Assembly: GCA_002482775.1 (NCBI GenBank)
Contig: DLGQ01000035.1
Coordinates: forward strand, 29,429-93,428
DNA: 64,000 nucleotides
DNA from: Flavobacteriales bacterium UBA7690
GTDB taxonomy: Bacteria; Bacteroidota; Bacteroidia; Flavobacteriales_F; PHOS-HE28
Direction of reading: 5' to 3'
The stretch's first letter is position 1, and each line of letters opens with the position of its first letter. Under the pieces are notes generated by a model. That model did no database searches. It saw only the letters and a program-made list of their open reading frames with translations, and was not told the origin of the DNA. This document shows, piece after piece, positions 1 to 10,600 of this stretch. The position numbers and the translations under genes were made by a program.

Positions 1-926
1 CGTTCATCCACTATGTGGACGTTCATGGCCGTGTACGTTCGGACAAAGCCGCCGACCTCTACTCCGGTGGTGGCCGTGTGCGCAAGATCCTGGTGAGCGC
101 TGGTGATCGCGTACGTGCTGGTCAACTGCTCATCAGCATGGACAACGACTTGGTAGCGAAGCAGATGGCGCAGGCCGAAGCGGGTTACGAACTCGCACGC
201 ACTGCGTTCGAGAAACAGCAAACGCTCTGGAACCAGCAGATCGGTAGTGAGATGCAATTCCTGCAAGCGAAAAGCCAGAAAGAACAAGCTGAAGCGGGCC
301 TCGCCGCACTGCGCGAACAACAGCGGCTGACCAATATCACCGCGCCGTTCGACGGCACCGTGGATGAAGTGATGGTGCGTGTTGGCGACATGACAACCCC
401 CATGCAAGCAGCAGCCCGCGTAGTGGACCTCAGCGCCGTGCAACTGGAAGCCGATGTGCCTGAGAGTTACCTCCGCACCATCGCCAAGAACGCACCTGTG
501 AAAGTGAGCTTCCCCAGCCTTGACGAGACGTTCGATGCCAAGTTGGACCACGTGGGTGAGTTCATCGATCCGAGCAACCGCACCTTCAAGATCGCAGTGC
601 GCGTGCCGAAGGGCGAAGGCTACATGCGCCCCAACCTGCTCAGCGACATCAGCATCGAAGACCTGCGGATCGACAGTGCGTTGACCGTTCCATCGCGTGC
701 AGTGTTGCAGGATGTGAAAGGCGACAACTATGTGTTCGTGATCGACCGCACCACCGGCGACGAAGCCAAGGCCCGTAAGGTGATGGTGAAGCGCGTGAGC
801 GAATACAAGGGCATGATGAGCATCACGCCTATCACAGCGGGCGAGCTCAGCGGCACTCAACACATCGTGGACGAAGGAGCCAAGAACGTGACGGACGGAT
901 TGACGGTGCGTGTAGCCAACAATTGA
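1..926 (+). CDS. efflux RND transporter periplasmic adaptor (MFP/HlyD family), 5'-truncated by window edge
   Basis: The frame is open to position 1 (the track begins at GTG 15). The product has a coiled-coil rich in Q/A/E followed by the ITAPFDGTVDEV hairpin/barrel motif typical of MFPs. The gene lies 66 nt upstream of an RND permease on the same strand. Confidence 0.85.
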   Translation, partial: FIHYVDVHGRVRSDKAADLYSGGGRVRKILVSAGDRVRAGQLLISMDNDLVAKQMAQAEAGYELARTAFEKQQTLWNQQIGSEMQFLQAKSQKEQAEAGLAALREQQRLTNITAPFDGTVDEVMVRVGDMTTPMQAAARVVDLSAVQLEADVPESYLRTIAKNAPVKVSFPSLDETFDAKLDHVGEFIDPSNRTFKIAVRVPKGEGYMRPNLLSDISIEDLRIDSALTVPSRAVLQDVKGDNYVFVIDRTTGDEAKARKVMVKRVSEYKGMMSITPITAGELSGTQHIVDEGAKNVTDGLTVRVANN

Positions 927-992
927 GTTCGAGGATCAGGCGAAATGCACCGTAGCGTCGATCCCTTCGGGTCGACAACCAACGAAAGCAAC

Positions 993-3900
993 ATGAGCAG
1001 CAACGACATCGAAAAAGACCTGCACGGACCGGAGCGGCAGTTCGCGATCACGACCTGGGCGGTGAACAACCGGACCACGGTGATCGTGCTCACCATCCTG
1101 ATCTGTGTGATGGGCATTTATTCCTATCGGGATATGCCCAAGGTGAGCTTCCCCGAGGTGGTCACACCCGAGGTGTTCATCGGCACACCGTACAATAGCA
1201 GCTCGGTGGTGGACATCGAGAAGCTGATCACCAAACCGATCGAGAAGGAGCTCAACACCATCACCGGTGTGGACGAGATCAAGAGCACCAGCGTGCCCAA
1301 TTTCAGCTCCATCCACATCAAATTCACATACGACATCACGCCAACGGAAGCGTTGCGCAAGGTGAAGGATGCGGTGGACAAAGCGCGTGGGGATAGCAAC
1401 TTCCCCACCGACCTGCCCGCGGAGCCGAACGTGTTCGAGATGAACTTCTCCGAGCTGATGCCGGTGATGAACATCAACCTCAGCGGCGACTACCCGATGG
1501 AGCAGCTCCACGAGTATGCCAAGCACCTGGAGGACCGCATCGAAGACCTCAGCGAGATCAACAAGGTGGAGATCCGTGGTGTACCCGATCGCGAAGTGAA
1601 GGTGAGCGTGGACCTCTACCAGCTCGAAGCACTGCAACTGAACTTCGATGATATCGGAAACGCACTGCGTAGCGAGAACCTGACCATGAGCGGTGGCGAC
1701 ATCCTTACCGGTGATCAACGCCGCAGTGTGCGCGTGATCGGCGAGTTCAAGGACATGGAGCAGATCCGGAACATCGTGGTGAAGAACGAGGGCCAGCGCG
1801 AAGTGCGTCTCCGCGACATCGCCGATGTCAGTTTCGATTTCAAAGAGCCCGAGAGCTTCGCCCGCGAATTCGGTAAGAGCGTGGTGATGTTGGACGTGAT
1901 CAAACGTGCCGGTGAGAACCTGCTGGAGGCGAGCGACAAGATCAACGCCATCATCGCGGAAGAGCACGGGAAGGCCCTGCCAAAGGACCTCATCATCACC
2001 CTTACCGGCGATCAAAGTGACCAGACACGTGTAAGCGTTGATGAGTTGATGAACCACATCGTGCTCGGTGTGATCCTCGTGGTTGGCGTGTTGATGCTCT
2101 TCCTCGGCTTGCGCAACGCGCTGTTCGTAGGTCTCGCGATCCCGATGAGCATGTTCATCTCATTCACCCTGCTCAACGCGTTCGGTGTCACACTGAACAT
2201 GATGGTGCTCTTCGCACTGATCCTTGCTTTGGGTCGCTTGGTGGATGACGGCATCGTCATCGTGGAGAACATCCACCGCCACATGACCAACGGCGAGCCG
2301 GCCATGAAAGCAACACGCCTTGCCGTAGGGGAGGTCACCATGCCGATCATCGCCGCGACGACCGCTACCGTGATGGTGTTCGTGCCGCTGCTGTTCTGGC
2401 CGGGCATGATGGGCGAGTTCATGAAATACCTGCCCATCACCTTCATGATCGCGTTGGGCTCTTCGCTCTTCGTAGCCCTAGTGGTGAACCCTGCGCTTGC
2501 TTCCAAGTTCATGAAAGTGGAAGAGGACCATATCCCTACGAAGAAGATGTGGCGCTTGGCGTTCATCCTCGTAGTGGTGGGTGCCATCGTTGGTGCCATC
2601 GGAGGAAGCATGCAGAGCAAGACCATTTTCGGTCTCGGTATGCTCACGATCTTCTTCGGCTTCATGGGCGTGGCGAACGAGAAGTTGTTCGTCCCAGCAG
2701 CACATTGGTTCCAATACAAGTGGCTGCCACGGTTGGAACACCGCTATGAAGGCCTGCTGCGTTACGCCTTGGTGAAGCACCATCCGCGCACCTTCATGTT
2801 CGGCACTATCGGCCTGTTGCTGTTCAGCTTCGTGTTGCTGGGCATTTTCCCGCCCAAGACCTTGTTCTTCCCGGCGAACGAACCGCAATTCGTGAACGCC
2901 TTCATTGAAGCGCCGATCGGAACCGACATCCTGAAGACCGACAGCATCACCCGCGTGGTGGAAGCGCAGGTGATGAAGGTGATCGATGTACCCGAGTACA
3001 AAGAGGTGCGCGAGGTGAAGAACGACAAGGGCGAAGTGATCGGAACCGACACCGTGAACTTCCTTGTGAAGTCCGTGATCGCACAAGTTGGAGAAGGAAC
3101 GAGCGATCCCGGCGCAGGCGATGTGGAACTGAGCGCAACCCCGCACAAGGGCCGTATCCAGGTCACCTTCGTGAAGTTCGCCGACCGCAAAGGCATCAAT
3201 ACCAATGACGTGTTGGAGGCCTTGCAGAAGGGCGTGAGCGGCTATCCCGGTGTGGTCACCTCCGTGGTGAAGAACGCCGATGGTCCACCTGTTGGTAAGC
3301 CCATCAACATCGAGATCAAAGGCAAGGAGATCGATGGTCTGTTGGACGAAGCCGAGAAGGTGAAGAAATTCATCGAGGACAAGAACGTACCCGGTGTGGA
3401 AGCCTTGCGCATCGACATCGACCGCGCGAAACCCGAGATGCCCATCGTGATCGATCGCGAGAAAGCACGCCGCTTGAACGTGAGCACCTACGCCGTGGCC
3501 GACGCCATACGCACAGCGCTCTTCGGCAAGGAAGTGAGCACCTTCCGCGTGGAAGGCGACGACGATGATTATGAGATCAACGTACGGTTGAAGGACAACT
3601 ACCGCTACGATACGCAACAGCTCATGGACATGCGCATCACCTTCCGCGACATGCTCACCGGGCAGATCCGGCAGGTGCCGATCAGCGCTGTAGCGAAGGA
3701 AGAATACGGCACCACGTTCAGTGCCATCAAGCGCAAGGACCTCGATCGTGTGGTCACCGTGAGCAGCAACGTGATCGCGGGCTACAACAACAACGAAGTG
3801 GTGCAACAGATCAAGGATGAAATGGCGAGCGGCTACGAAGCCAACCCCGATTTCAACCTGCGTTTCACCGGCGAACAAGAGGACCAAGCGAAGGACATGG

Positions 3901-4577
3901 GCTTCCTGATGATGGCCTTCCTCGTCGCGATCTTCGTGGTGTTCCTCATCATCGTAGCGCAGTTCAACAGCATCAGCTATCCGGTGATCGTGATGAGCAC
4001 GGTGATCTTCAGCACCATTGGTGTGTTCCTCGGCCTGGTGGTGTTCCGCATGGACTTCATCATCATGATGACCATGCTCGGCATCATCTCGCTGATCGGT
4101 GTGGTGGTGAACAACGCGATCGTGCTCATGGACTTCGCGCGCCTGCTCTTCCAACGCGAACAACGCATCCGTGGGCTGGACGAGAACGCCATCATCCCCA
4201 TTGAAGCAAGTCGTGAAGCGCTCGTCGTGGCGGGTCGCACCCGTCTACGTCCGGTGTTGTTGACCGCGGTGACCGCGGTGCTCGGCCTGCTTCCCTTGGC
4301 GATCGGGTTGAACTTCAACTTCTTCAGCCTCTTCATGGAACTTGATCCGCACATCCACATGGGCGGTGACAACGTGGTGTTCTGGGGCCCGCTCAGCTGG
4401 GCGGTAATTTTCGGCCTCATCTTCGCCACCTTCCTTACCTTGATCATGGTACCTGTGATGTTGCTGATCGTGATGAAGATCAAGCACCGCAGGCAGTGGA
4501 AAGCCGAGTTGCGGGCACAGGCAACGCAGGGTGATGCTTCATTGACGACCAATACGCTGCGTCCCGGAACGGTCTAA
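993..4577 (+). CDS. efflux RND transporter permease (AcrB/HAE-type), unusually long (1194 aa)
   Basis: ATG 993 (MSSNDIEKD...) lies inside track ORF 945..4577. The product has two large periplasmic loops, the conserved LGRLVDDGIVIVENI motif and the C-terminal half-repeat VVNNAIVLMDF. It carries an extra hydrophobic pair between TM6 and TM7. Confidence 0.93.
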   Translation: MSSNDIEKDLHGPERQFAITTWAVNNRTTVIVLTILICVMGIYSYRDMPKVSFPEVVTPEVFIGTPYNSSSVVDIEKLITKPIEKELNTITGVDEIKSTSVPNFSSIHIKFTYDITPTEALRKVKDAVDKARGDSNFPTDLPAEPNVFEMNFSELMPVMNINLSGDYPMEQLHEYAKHLEDRIEDLSEINKVEIRGVPDREVKVSVDLYQLEALQLNFDDIGNALRSENLTMSGGDILTGDQRRSVRVIGEFKDMEQIRNIVVKNEGQREVRLRDIADVSFDFKEPESFAREFGKSVVMLDVIKRAGENLLEASDKINAIIAEEHGKALPKDLIITLTGDQSDQTRVSVDELMNHIVLGVILVVGVLMLFLGLRNALFVGLAIPMSMFISFTLLNAFGVTLNMMVLFALILALGRLVDDGIVIVENIHRHMTNGEPAMKATRLAVGEVTMPIIAATTATVMVFVPLLFWPGMMGEFMKYLPITFMIALGSSLFVALVVNPALASKFMKVEEDHIPTKKMWRLAFILVVVGAIVGAIGGSMQSKTIFGLGMLTIFFGFMGVANEKLFVPAAHWFQYKWLPRLEHRYEGLLRYALVKHHPRTFMFGTIGLLLFSFVLLGIFPPKTLFFPANEPQFVNAFIEAPIGTDILKTDSITRVVEAQVMKVIDVPEYKEVREVKNDKGEVIGTDTVNFLVKSVIAQVGEGTSDPGAGDVELSATPHKGRIQVTFVKFADRKGINTNDVLEALQKGVSGYPGVVTSVVKNADGPPVGKPINIEIKGKEIDGLLDEAEKVKKFIEDKNVPGVEALRIDIDRAKPEMPIVIDREKARRLNVSTYAVADAIRTALFGKEVSTFRVEGDDDDYEINVRLKDNYRYDTQQLMDMRITFRDMLTGQIRQVPISAVAKEEYGTTFSAIKRKDLDRVVTVSSNVIAGYNNNEVVQQIKDEMASGYEANPDFNLRFTGEQEDQAKDMGFLMMAFLVAIFVVFLIIVAQFNSISYPVIVMSTVIFSTIGVFLGLVVFRMDFIIMMTMLGIISLIGVVVNNAIVLMDFARLLFQREQRIRGLDENAIIPIEASREALVVAGRTRLRPVLLTAVTAVLGLLPLAIGLNFNFFSLFMELDPHIHMGGDNVVFWGPLSWAVIFGLIFATFLTLIMVPVMLLIVMKIKHRRQWKAELRAQATQGDASLTTNTLRPGTV

Positions 4578-4598
4578 GGCACTGGGCAACTGAATTTG

Positions 4599-4630
4599 GA
4601 AGGCGCGGCGGAAGCTGCGCCTTCTTCATT
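4599..4630 (+). terminator. stem-loop after RND permease 1
   Basis: GAAGGCGC (4599-4606) pairs with GCGCCTTC (4617-4624) and is followed by TTCATTT. It starts 22 nt after the stop codon. Confidence 0.5.
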
Positions 4631-4682
4631 TCCGGCCATTGCGCAGGGCTTTCCGACCGCTCATCACAAAAAGAGTGAAGCG

Positions 4683-4740
4683 CAATAGTTGCGTAATGCA
4701 ACAAAAATTACATTTGTACCGTTGCAAAGAGCAACTATCG
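4683..4740 (+). promoter_or_regulatory. predicted MarR operator pair flanking a Bacteroidota-type promoter
   Basis: There are two perfect copies of GTTGC-N5-GCAAC, at 4688-4702 and 4721-4735, with centres 33 bp apart. They are nested in a 9/10 outer inverted repeat: CAATAGTTGC (4683-4692) and GCAACTATCG (4731-4740). A TAnnTTTG -7 box (TACATTTG, 4709-4716) lies between them, with a TTG at 4689-4691 at -33 spacing. The marR ATG is at 4743. Confidence 0.5.
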
Positions 4741-4742
4741 AC

Positions 4743-5186
4743 ATGAGCCAACTATCAGACGACATCGCCCGCCTCCTTCCCACCATGTTCCGCAGCGTGG
4801 TACGCCTGATGGCCGTGGAAATGGACAAGAGCGGCACGGAGCTCCGCTTGCCCCAGTTCGGGGTGCTCGATTTCCTGCTCACCAACAGCGAGGCAGTACA
4901 AACCGACCTTGCCAACCACTTTGCCAAGGACAAAAGCGTCATGCTGCGTCAGTTGGACGAGATGGAACAGGCTGGCTGGATCGAACGGCAGATGGATCCC
5001 AATGACCGTCGCCGCAAAAACCTGGTGGTGACCAAGGCTGGCCTCGAGGTGTACAAGAAGGCGGCCAGGCTGCGTGCGAAGGTTTTCGCTGGCGTCTTGG
5101 AAGACGTGAGCGAGCGGGATGTTACCGCTTGCCTGAAGGTCTTGAACGCTATGAACGATCGTGCCAACGCAGGCGACGCCAAATGA
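4743..5186 (+). CDS. MarR family transcriptional regulator
   Basis: 147 aa from ATG 4743. It has a winged-helix pattern (QFGVLDFLLTNSEAVQTDLANHFAKDKSVMLRQLDEMEQAGWIERQMDPNDRRRKNLVVTKAG). Its stop overlaps the next gene's start (ATGA at 5183-5186). Confidence 0.85.
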   Translation: MSQLSDDIARLLPTMFRSVVRLMAVEMDKSGTELRLPQFGVLDFLLTNSEAVQTDLANHFAKDKSVMLRQLDEMEQAGWIERQMDPNDRRRKNLVVTKAGLEVYKKAARLRAKVFAGVLEDVSERDVTACLKVLNAMNDRANAGDAK

Positions 5187-6541
5187 AACTGAAGATGGTC
5201 CGTTCTGTTCTCCGTCGTACTCTAGCGCTCGTTGCGCTCCTCGCGTTCATCGTGCCGAAGGGGTCGGTCGCACAAGAGGCGTTCACCATACGCCAAGCCA
5301 TCGACTACGCCCGTTCGCACAGCCCGGCCCTGGCCATTGCCGCCAATGATCAGCGCAGGGCCGATGCACAAGCGCAAGAAGCTGTTGCCGGATACTTGCC
5401 GCAGATCAATGGTAGCGGGCAGTTCGATGATAACCTCAAGCGCCAGACGACCTTCCTTCCTGCGGGCATCTTCAGTGACCAACCAACGCCGGTACAGTTC
5501 GGTACGCAGTACAGCACCAATTTGAGCGTGCAGGCCGAGCAGACGTTGATCGATGTGGCCCAGCTCAACGGGATCCAAGCGAACAAGCCGAATACCACCA
5601 TGGCAGCGATCAAGTTGAAGCAGGCCGAAGAACAAGTAGTGTACGATGTGGCCAAGGCTTACGCCCAAGTGCAGACCTATCGCGAGCAAGTCAAGCTGTT
5701 GGAGGAGAATTTGAAGCAGTACGATGCGCTCGTGCCCATCCTCCGTTTGCGGTTAGCGAATGGGGTTGCCCAGCAACTGGATCTGGACCGTGTGGAGGTC
5801 ACGCAACGCAACATCCGTTCGCAGCTCACCGTGGCGCAAGCGAACTACGACGTGTCCATCGGCCAATTGCAACGCACCATGGGCATGCCACTGGAACAAC
5901 CCGTCATCGTTGTGGATGAAGTGCGCACCGACATGGCGCAACGCGAACCCGTGGCGAAGTCGTTCGAGTTGAACAACCTGCTCAGCTACCAATACAACGA
6001 ACAGTCTGAACTGCTTTACGGGATCGACCTCAAGCGGAAACGGAACGCCTTCCTGCCCACGCTTAGCGCGTACGGCCGCTACGGCGCCATGGCGCAAGGC
6101 AACGAGCTCGCCGAGAGCTACGACAACTGGTTCGATTACGCGGCCATCGGCTTGAAGTTGAACGTGCCGCTCTTCAGTGGACTGCGGCGCACAAGCCAGA
6201 TCAAACAAAGCGAGATCGCCTTGCAGAACCTGCGCGAACAGCAGCGCGATGCCAACCTCGGTTTCCAACTGAACTACAAGAGCGCCAGGACACGCTTGCT
6301 CGCGAGCACCAGCACGGCTGATCGGGATGCCGAAAGCCTGCAACTCGCGGAGCGTGTCTTCGCCAACACCAACTTACAGTACCAACAAGGCTTGGCATCG
6401 CTGAGCGATCTGTTGAACGCGGATTATCAACTGAAAGAAGCGCGCAACAACTGGACGAACTCCTTGTTGAACCGCGCGGTCTCCCTGCTGGATCTGGAAC
6501 GCAGTAAGGGAACATTGCTGGAGTACGCGAACACGCTCTGA
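5183..6541 (+). CDS. TolC family outer membrane efflux protein
   Basis: The product has a signal peptide (MKLKMVRSVLRRTLALVALLAFIVPKGSVAQE), duplicated alpha-helical/beta-barrel halves, and typical SPAL...A and LDLERSKG motifs. It is translationally coupled to marR. Confidence 0.88.
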   Translation: MKLKMVRSVLRRTLALVALLAFIVPKGSVAQEAFTIRQAIDYARSHSPALAIAANDQRRADAQAQEAVAGYLPQINGSGQFDDNLKRQTTFLPAGIFSDQPTPVQFGTQYSTNLSVQAEQTLIDVAQLNGIQANKPNTTMAAIKLKQAEEQVVYDVAKAYAQVQTYREQVKLLEENLKQYDALVPILRLRLANGVAQQLDLDRVEVTQRNIRSQLTVAQANYDVSIGQLQRTMGMPLEQPVIVVDEVRTDMAQREPVAKSFELNNLLSYQYNEQSELLYGIDLKRKRNAFLPTLSAYGRYGAMAQGNELAESYDNWFDYAAIGLKLNVPLFSGLRRTSQIKQSEIALQNLREQQRDANLGFQLNYKSARTRLLASTSTADRDAESLQLAERVFANTNLQYQQGLASLSDLLNADYQLKEARNNWTNSLLNRAVSLLDLERSKGTLLEYANTL

Positions 6542-6579
6542 CCAACCATTGAACACCGACCGCATTGGCGGACACAACG

Positions 6580-7656
6580 ATGAAACGTAACTGGATACTG
6601 CCCTTGGTGCTCATCATGCTAGCGCTCAGCATCGGTCTCAAACTGGCCGCGAACAAGAAGAAGTTGGACAGCGCGAAACAGTCGATCGATCGCAGTGCCT
6701 TTGCCATTCCGGTGAATACGATCACCACAACCCAAGCCGCCGTGGAAGGCACCTTCAGCGTACCCGGCACCTTGGAGCCGCATGATCATGCGAAAGTGAT
6801 GGTACAGTCGCAGGGCAAGCTCGCCAGCCTCACCGTGGACCTGGGTTCGCGTGTAACCAAGGGCCAGGTGCTCGGCAATTTGGAACTTGCGCAGAAGCAA
6901 CTGGAACTCGCTTCGGCCGAACTTCAATTGGAGAAGCTGCGCAAGGATGACCAGCGCTATCGCGAGCTCGTTGCCGGGAAAGCCGCTACCGAAAGCAACT
7001 ACGACGATGTCCATTTCAACTTCGAGAACCAGAAGGTGAAAGTGGACCAGATCCGCCAGCAGATCCGCGATGCACAAGTGATCAGTCCGGTCGCTGGCAC
7101 CGTGGTGGCGAAGAACGTGGAGGTAGGTGAATACGTGACGGCCAACACCGCTGTTGTCGAAGTGGTGGATGTGAGCCGCCTGAAGGCGAAGGTGTATGTG
7201 AGCGAGAGTGACGCCTACCGTGTGAAGGAAGGCGATGCCGTGACCATTACGAGCGATGTATTCCCCGGCGAGACCTTCCAGGGCAAGGTGACCTTCGTGA
7301 GCCCTCGTGGTGATGCGAGCCACAACTACTTGGTGGAAGTCGCTGTGCAGAACGAAAAGTCGCATCCGTTGAAGAGCGGCACGTTCATCAACGCGCGTTT
7401 CGATACCGGTGTCGTGGGCGATATGCTCACCATTCCGAAGAATGCGCTGGGTGAAGGCAAGAAGGATGCGTACGTCTACGTGGTACGCGGCGATACCAAT
7501 GGCACTCGTGTGACACGCCGGAGCCTCACGCTCGGTCGGGAGGTCGGGGAGCGTGTTGAGGTGGTGAAGGGGTTGGTTCCGGACGAGATCGTGGTGGTGA
7601 GCGGTCAGCTCAACCTAGCGGAAGGCAGCTTGGTGAAAGTGATCGGCAGCAAGTGA
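6580..7656 (+). CDS. efflux RND transporter periplasmic adaptor subunit
   Basis: ATG 6580 gives MKRNWILPLVLIMLALSIG (membrane anchor). It has a coiled-coil segment, the ISPVAGTVVAKNVEVGEYV lipoyl-like motif and a beta-barrel C-terminus. It lies between tolC and an RND permease. Confidence 0.88.
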   Translation: MKRNWILPLVLIMLALSIGLKLAANKKKLDSAKQSIDRSAFAIPVNTITTTQAAVEGTFSVPGTLEPHDHAKVMVQSQGKLASLTVDLGSRVTKGQVLGNLELAQKQLELASAELQLEKLRKDDQRYRELVAGKAATESNYDDVHFNFENQKVKVDQIRQQIRDAQVISPVAGTVVAKNVEVGEYVTANTAVVEVVDVSRLKAKVYVSESDAYRVKEGDAVTITSDVFPGETFQGKVTFVSPRGDASHNYLVEVAVQNEKSHPLKSGTFINARFDTGVVGDMLTIPKNALGEGKKDAYVYVVRGDTNGTRVTRRSLTLGREVGERVEVVKGLVPDEIVVVSGQLNLAEGSLVKVIGSK

Positions 7657-7677
7657 TCGGTAAGCGATACGAACAAC

Positions 7678-10600
7678 ATGAGCATCACAGAAGTCGCCAT
7701 AAAGCGTCCGTTGCTGATCACGGTGATCTTCGTCACCCTGATCCTCTTCGGCTTCGTCAGCTACAAAGGCCTGAACTACAATCTGCTGCCGAAATTCGAG
7801 GCCAACGTGGTGATGGTGCAGACCACCTACCGCGGAGCATCGCCGGAAGAGATCCAGAACACGATCACCAAACCGCTGGAAGATGCGGTGAGCGCGATCG
7901 AAGGCGTGGACCAGATCGCCAGCACTAGCATGGAAGGTGTTTCGGCGATCACGGTAACGTTGAAGTCCGGCACCGACGTGAACAATGCACAGCGTGATGC
8001 TGAACGCCGCATCGATCAGATCCGAGCGGGGTTGCCGGAGGATGCCGATGATCCCGTGGTGCGCCGCTTCAGTACGGACGAGATCCCGATCCTGCGGATG
8101 AGCGTGAACAGCGATCTCTCACCGGGCGATCTCTACGAACTGCTTGATGATCGTGTGGCACCGATCCTCAGCAACGTCAGCGGAGTGGGCTCGGTCACCC
8201 TCATCGGTGCACAACAGCGCGAGATCCAGGTGGTGATGGACAACGACAAGCTGAAGGCCTACGGGATCGGCGCAGGACAAGTGGCACAAGCCGTGGCGGC
8301 CAACAGCAGCACCTTCCCAGCGGGCAATGTTGAAGGCGGTGGCGATCGACTTTCCATCAATTTGGATGCGCGCGCCGGGAATGTGGATGATCTGCGTAGT
8401 ACGGTCGTTCGCGAGAACGCAGATGGTTCACGCATCCTGCTGAAGGACATCGCCAGCGTGACCGATGGCCTGAGCGAAGCCACTACCTACAACCGCATCA
8501 ACGGGCAACCGGGCATCGGTCTGCAGATCGTGAAACAGAGCGATGCCAACGCGGTTGAAGTGAGCAAGGGCGTGAAGGCGCGCATGGCCGAGCTTAAGAT
8601 CGAACTCGCTGATACCGGCTTCAACTACGCCATCGCGATCGATCAAAGTCTGTACACGCTCTCCAGCGCCAATGCGGTGATGTTCGACCTCGTGCTCGCC
8701 GTGGTGATCGTGGGTTTCGTGATGTTGCTTTTCCTGCACAGCTTGCGCAGTTCGTTCTTCGTGCTGGTCGCGCTGCCATCGGCGATGATCCCGACGTTCA
8801 TCCTCATGTACGCGTTCGGCTTCTCACTGAACTTGATGACGCTCATGGCGCTCTCGCTGGTCGTGGGTATCCTGGTGGATGATAGCATCGTGGTATTGGA
8901 GAACATCTACCGGCACTTGGAGATGGGCAAGACCCGTTGGAGCGCCGCGCTGGACGGCCGTAACGAGATCGGCTTCACCGCCATCGCCATCACCTTGGTG
9001 GACGTTGTGGTGTTCCTTCCGCTTGCTCTGAGCGGTGGCCTGATCGGTAACATCCTCCGTGAGTTCTCGCTGGTAGTGGTGTTCAGCACGCTGATGAGTT
9101 TGGTGGTGGCGTTCACGCTTACGCCGTTGCTTGCATCACGCTGGGGCAAGCTGGAACACTTGACGAAGGATACATTGTGGGGGCGCTTCAGTCTGGCGTT
9201 CGAACGCGGCGTTACCAACCTACAACAGTGGTACGGCCGTCTGTTGGAGAAGTCATTGCATCGGAAGCGCTATGTGTTGATCATTATTCTCGCGTTGATG
9301 GTCGGCTCCATCGCCCTGTTGCCTGCGGGTTTTGTGGGTGCGGCTTTCATTCCGCAGAGCGATCGCGGTGAATTCCTCGTGCAGCTTGAAACAGCACCAC
9401 AGTCCTCGATCTCCGTCACCGATCAATTGACGCAACAGGCGGAACGCATCATCCTCAAGCACCCCGAAGTGGTCAACGCCTTCACCAACGTGGGCACGCA
9501 GAGCGGGCAGATGGGTGGCGGAGCGGGATCTTCCAATGCGAACCTTTCGGAGATCAACGTGAAGCTGGTGCCGAAGACGGAGCGCGCGTATTCTTCGGAG
9601 CAATTCGGCCTTATCCTGCGCGATGAAATTGGAACCATCCCTGGCTTGAAGGTGACGGTAACGCAAACGAACATCACCGGCAGCGCGAACACACCGATCC
9701 AGATCGCGGTGAAAGGAGTGGAGATGGACAGCCTGTGGAAAGCGGCGCGCATGATCAAGGCGATCACGGAAGCCACACCAGGGACGGACTACGTGCAATA
9801 CAGCACCAAGAGTCCGAAACCCGAAGTGCGTGTACGCTTGGATCAGGATCGGATGGGCGCGATGGGTTTCACCAGTACCGACATCGGCATTGCGGTGCAG
9901 ACGGCGTTCCGTGGTAACGACCTCAACAACTACAAGGAAGGTGGGGAAGAGTATCCCATCAACGTGCGGCTGGACCAGTCCGACCGACGTGATGTCCAAA
10001 GCGTGCGCGACCTGATGGTGACGAACACAAAGGGCGCCACCGTTGCACTATCCCAGCTCGCCGATGTGTACGAGACGGCCGGTAGCAGTGTACTGGAACG
10101 CACCGATCGCCTGAACTCCATCAAGGTGAACAGTGCTGCGACCGGTCGGCCGAGCGGCACTATCGTAGCGGAGATCCAAGCGGCATTGGCGAAGGAGGAA
10201 TTGCCATCCGGAGTGACCGTGCAATACCTCGGTGATGCGAAGAACCAGGGTGATGCGTTCGGGAGTCTCGGTATGGCGCTCGTCCTCGGCATCCTGCTGG
10301 TTTACCTCATCATGGTGGCGCTGTATGAGAACGCGCTTTATCCGTTCGTTGTCCTGTTCTCCATTCCGGTTTCGCTTGTGGGAGCCTTGCTAGCATTGGC
10401 GCTCACCATGCAGCCGCTCGCTATCTTCAGCATCGTTGGTCTGATCATGTTGCTCGGTCTGGTGAGCAAGAACGGTATCCTCATCGTGGACTTCGCGAAC
10501 CAGTTACGCAAAGAAGGCATGGGCCTTACCGAGGCGTTGGTGGAAGCCGGCAAGGAACGTCTGCGTCCGATCTTGATGACCACCGTAGCGATGGTGTTCG

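Noticed and set aside
936-4163. Long minus-strand ORFs (936..2057, 373 aa; 2478..4163, 561 aa) inside the first RND permease gene
   Set aside because: They are antisense to a strongly supported AcrB-family CDS. Their translations are H/D/E/R/G/V-rich with no domain-like pattern. Such shadow ORFs are typical of high-GC DNA.
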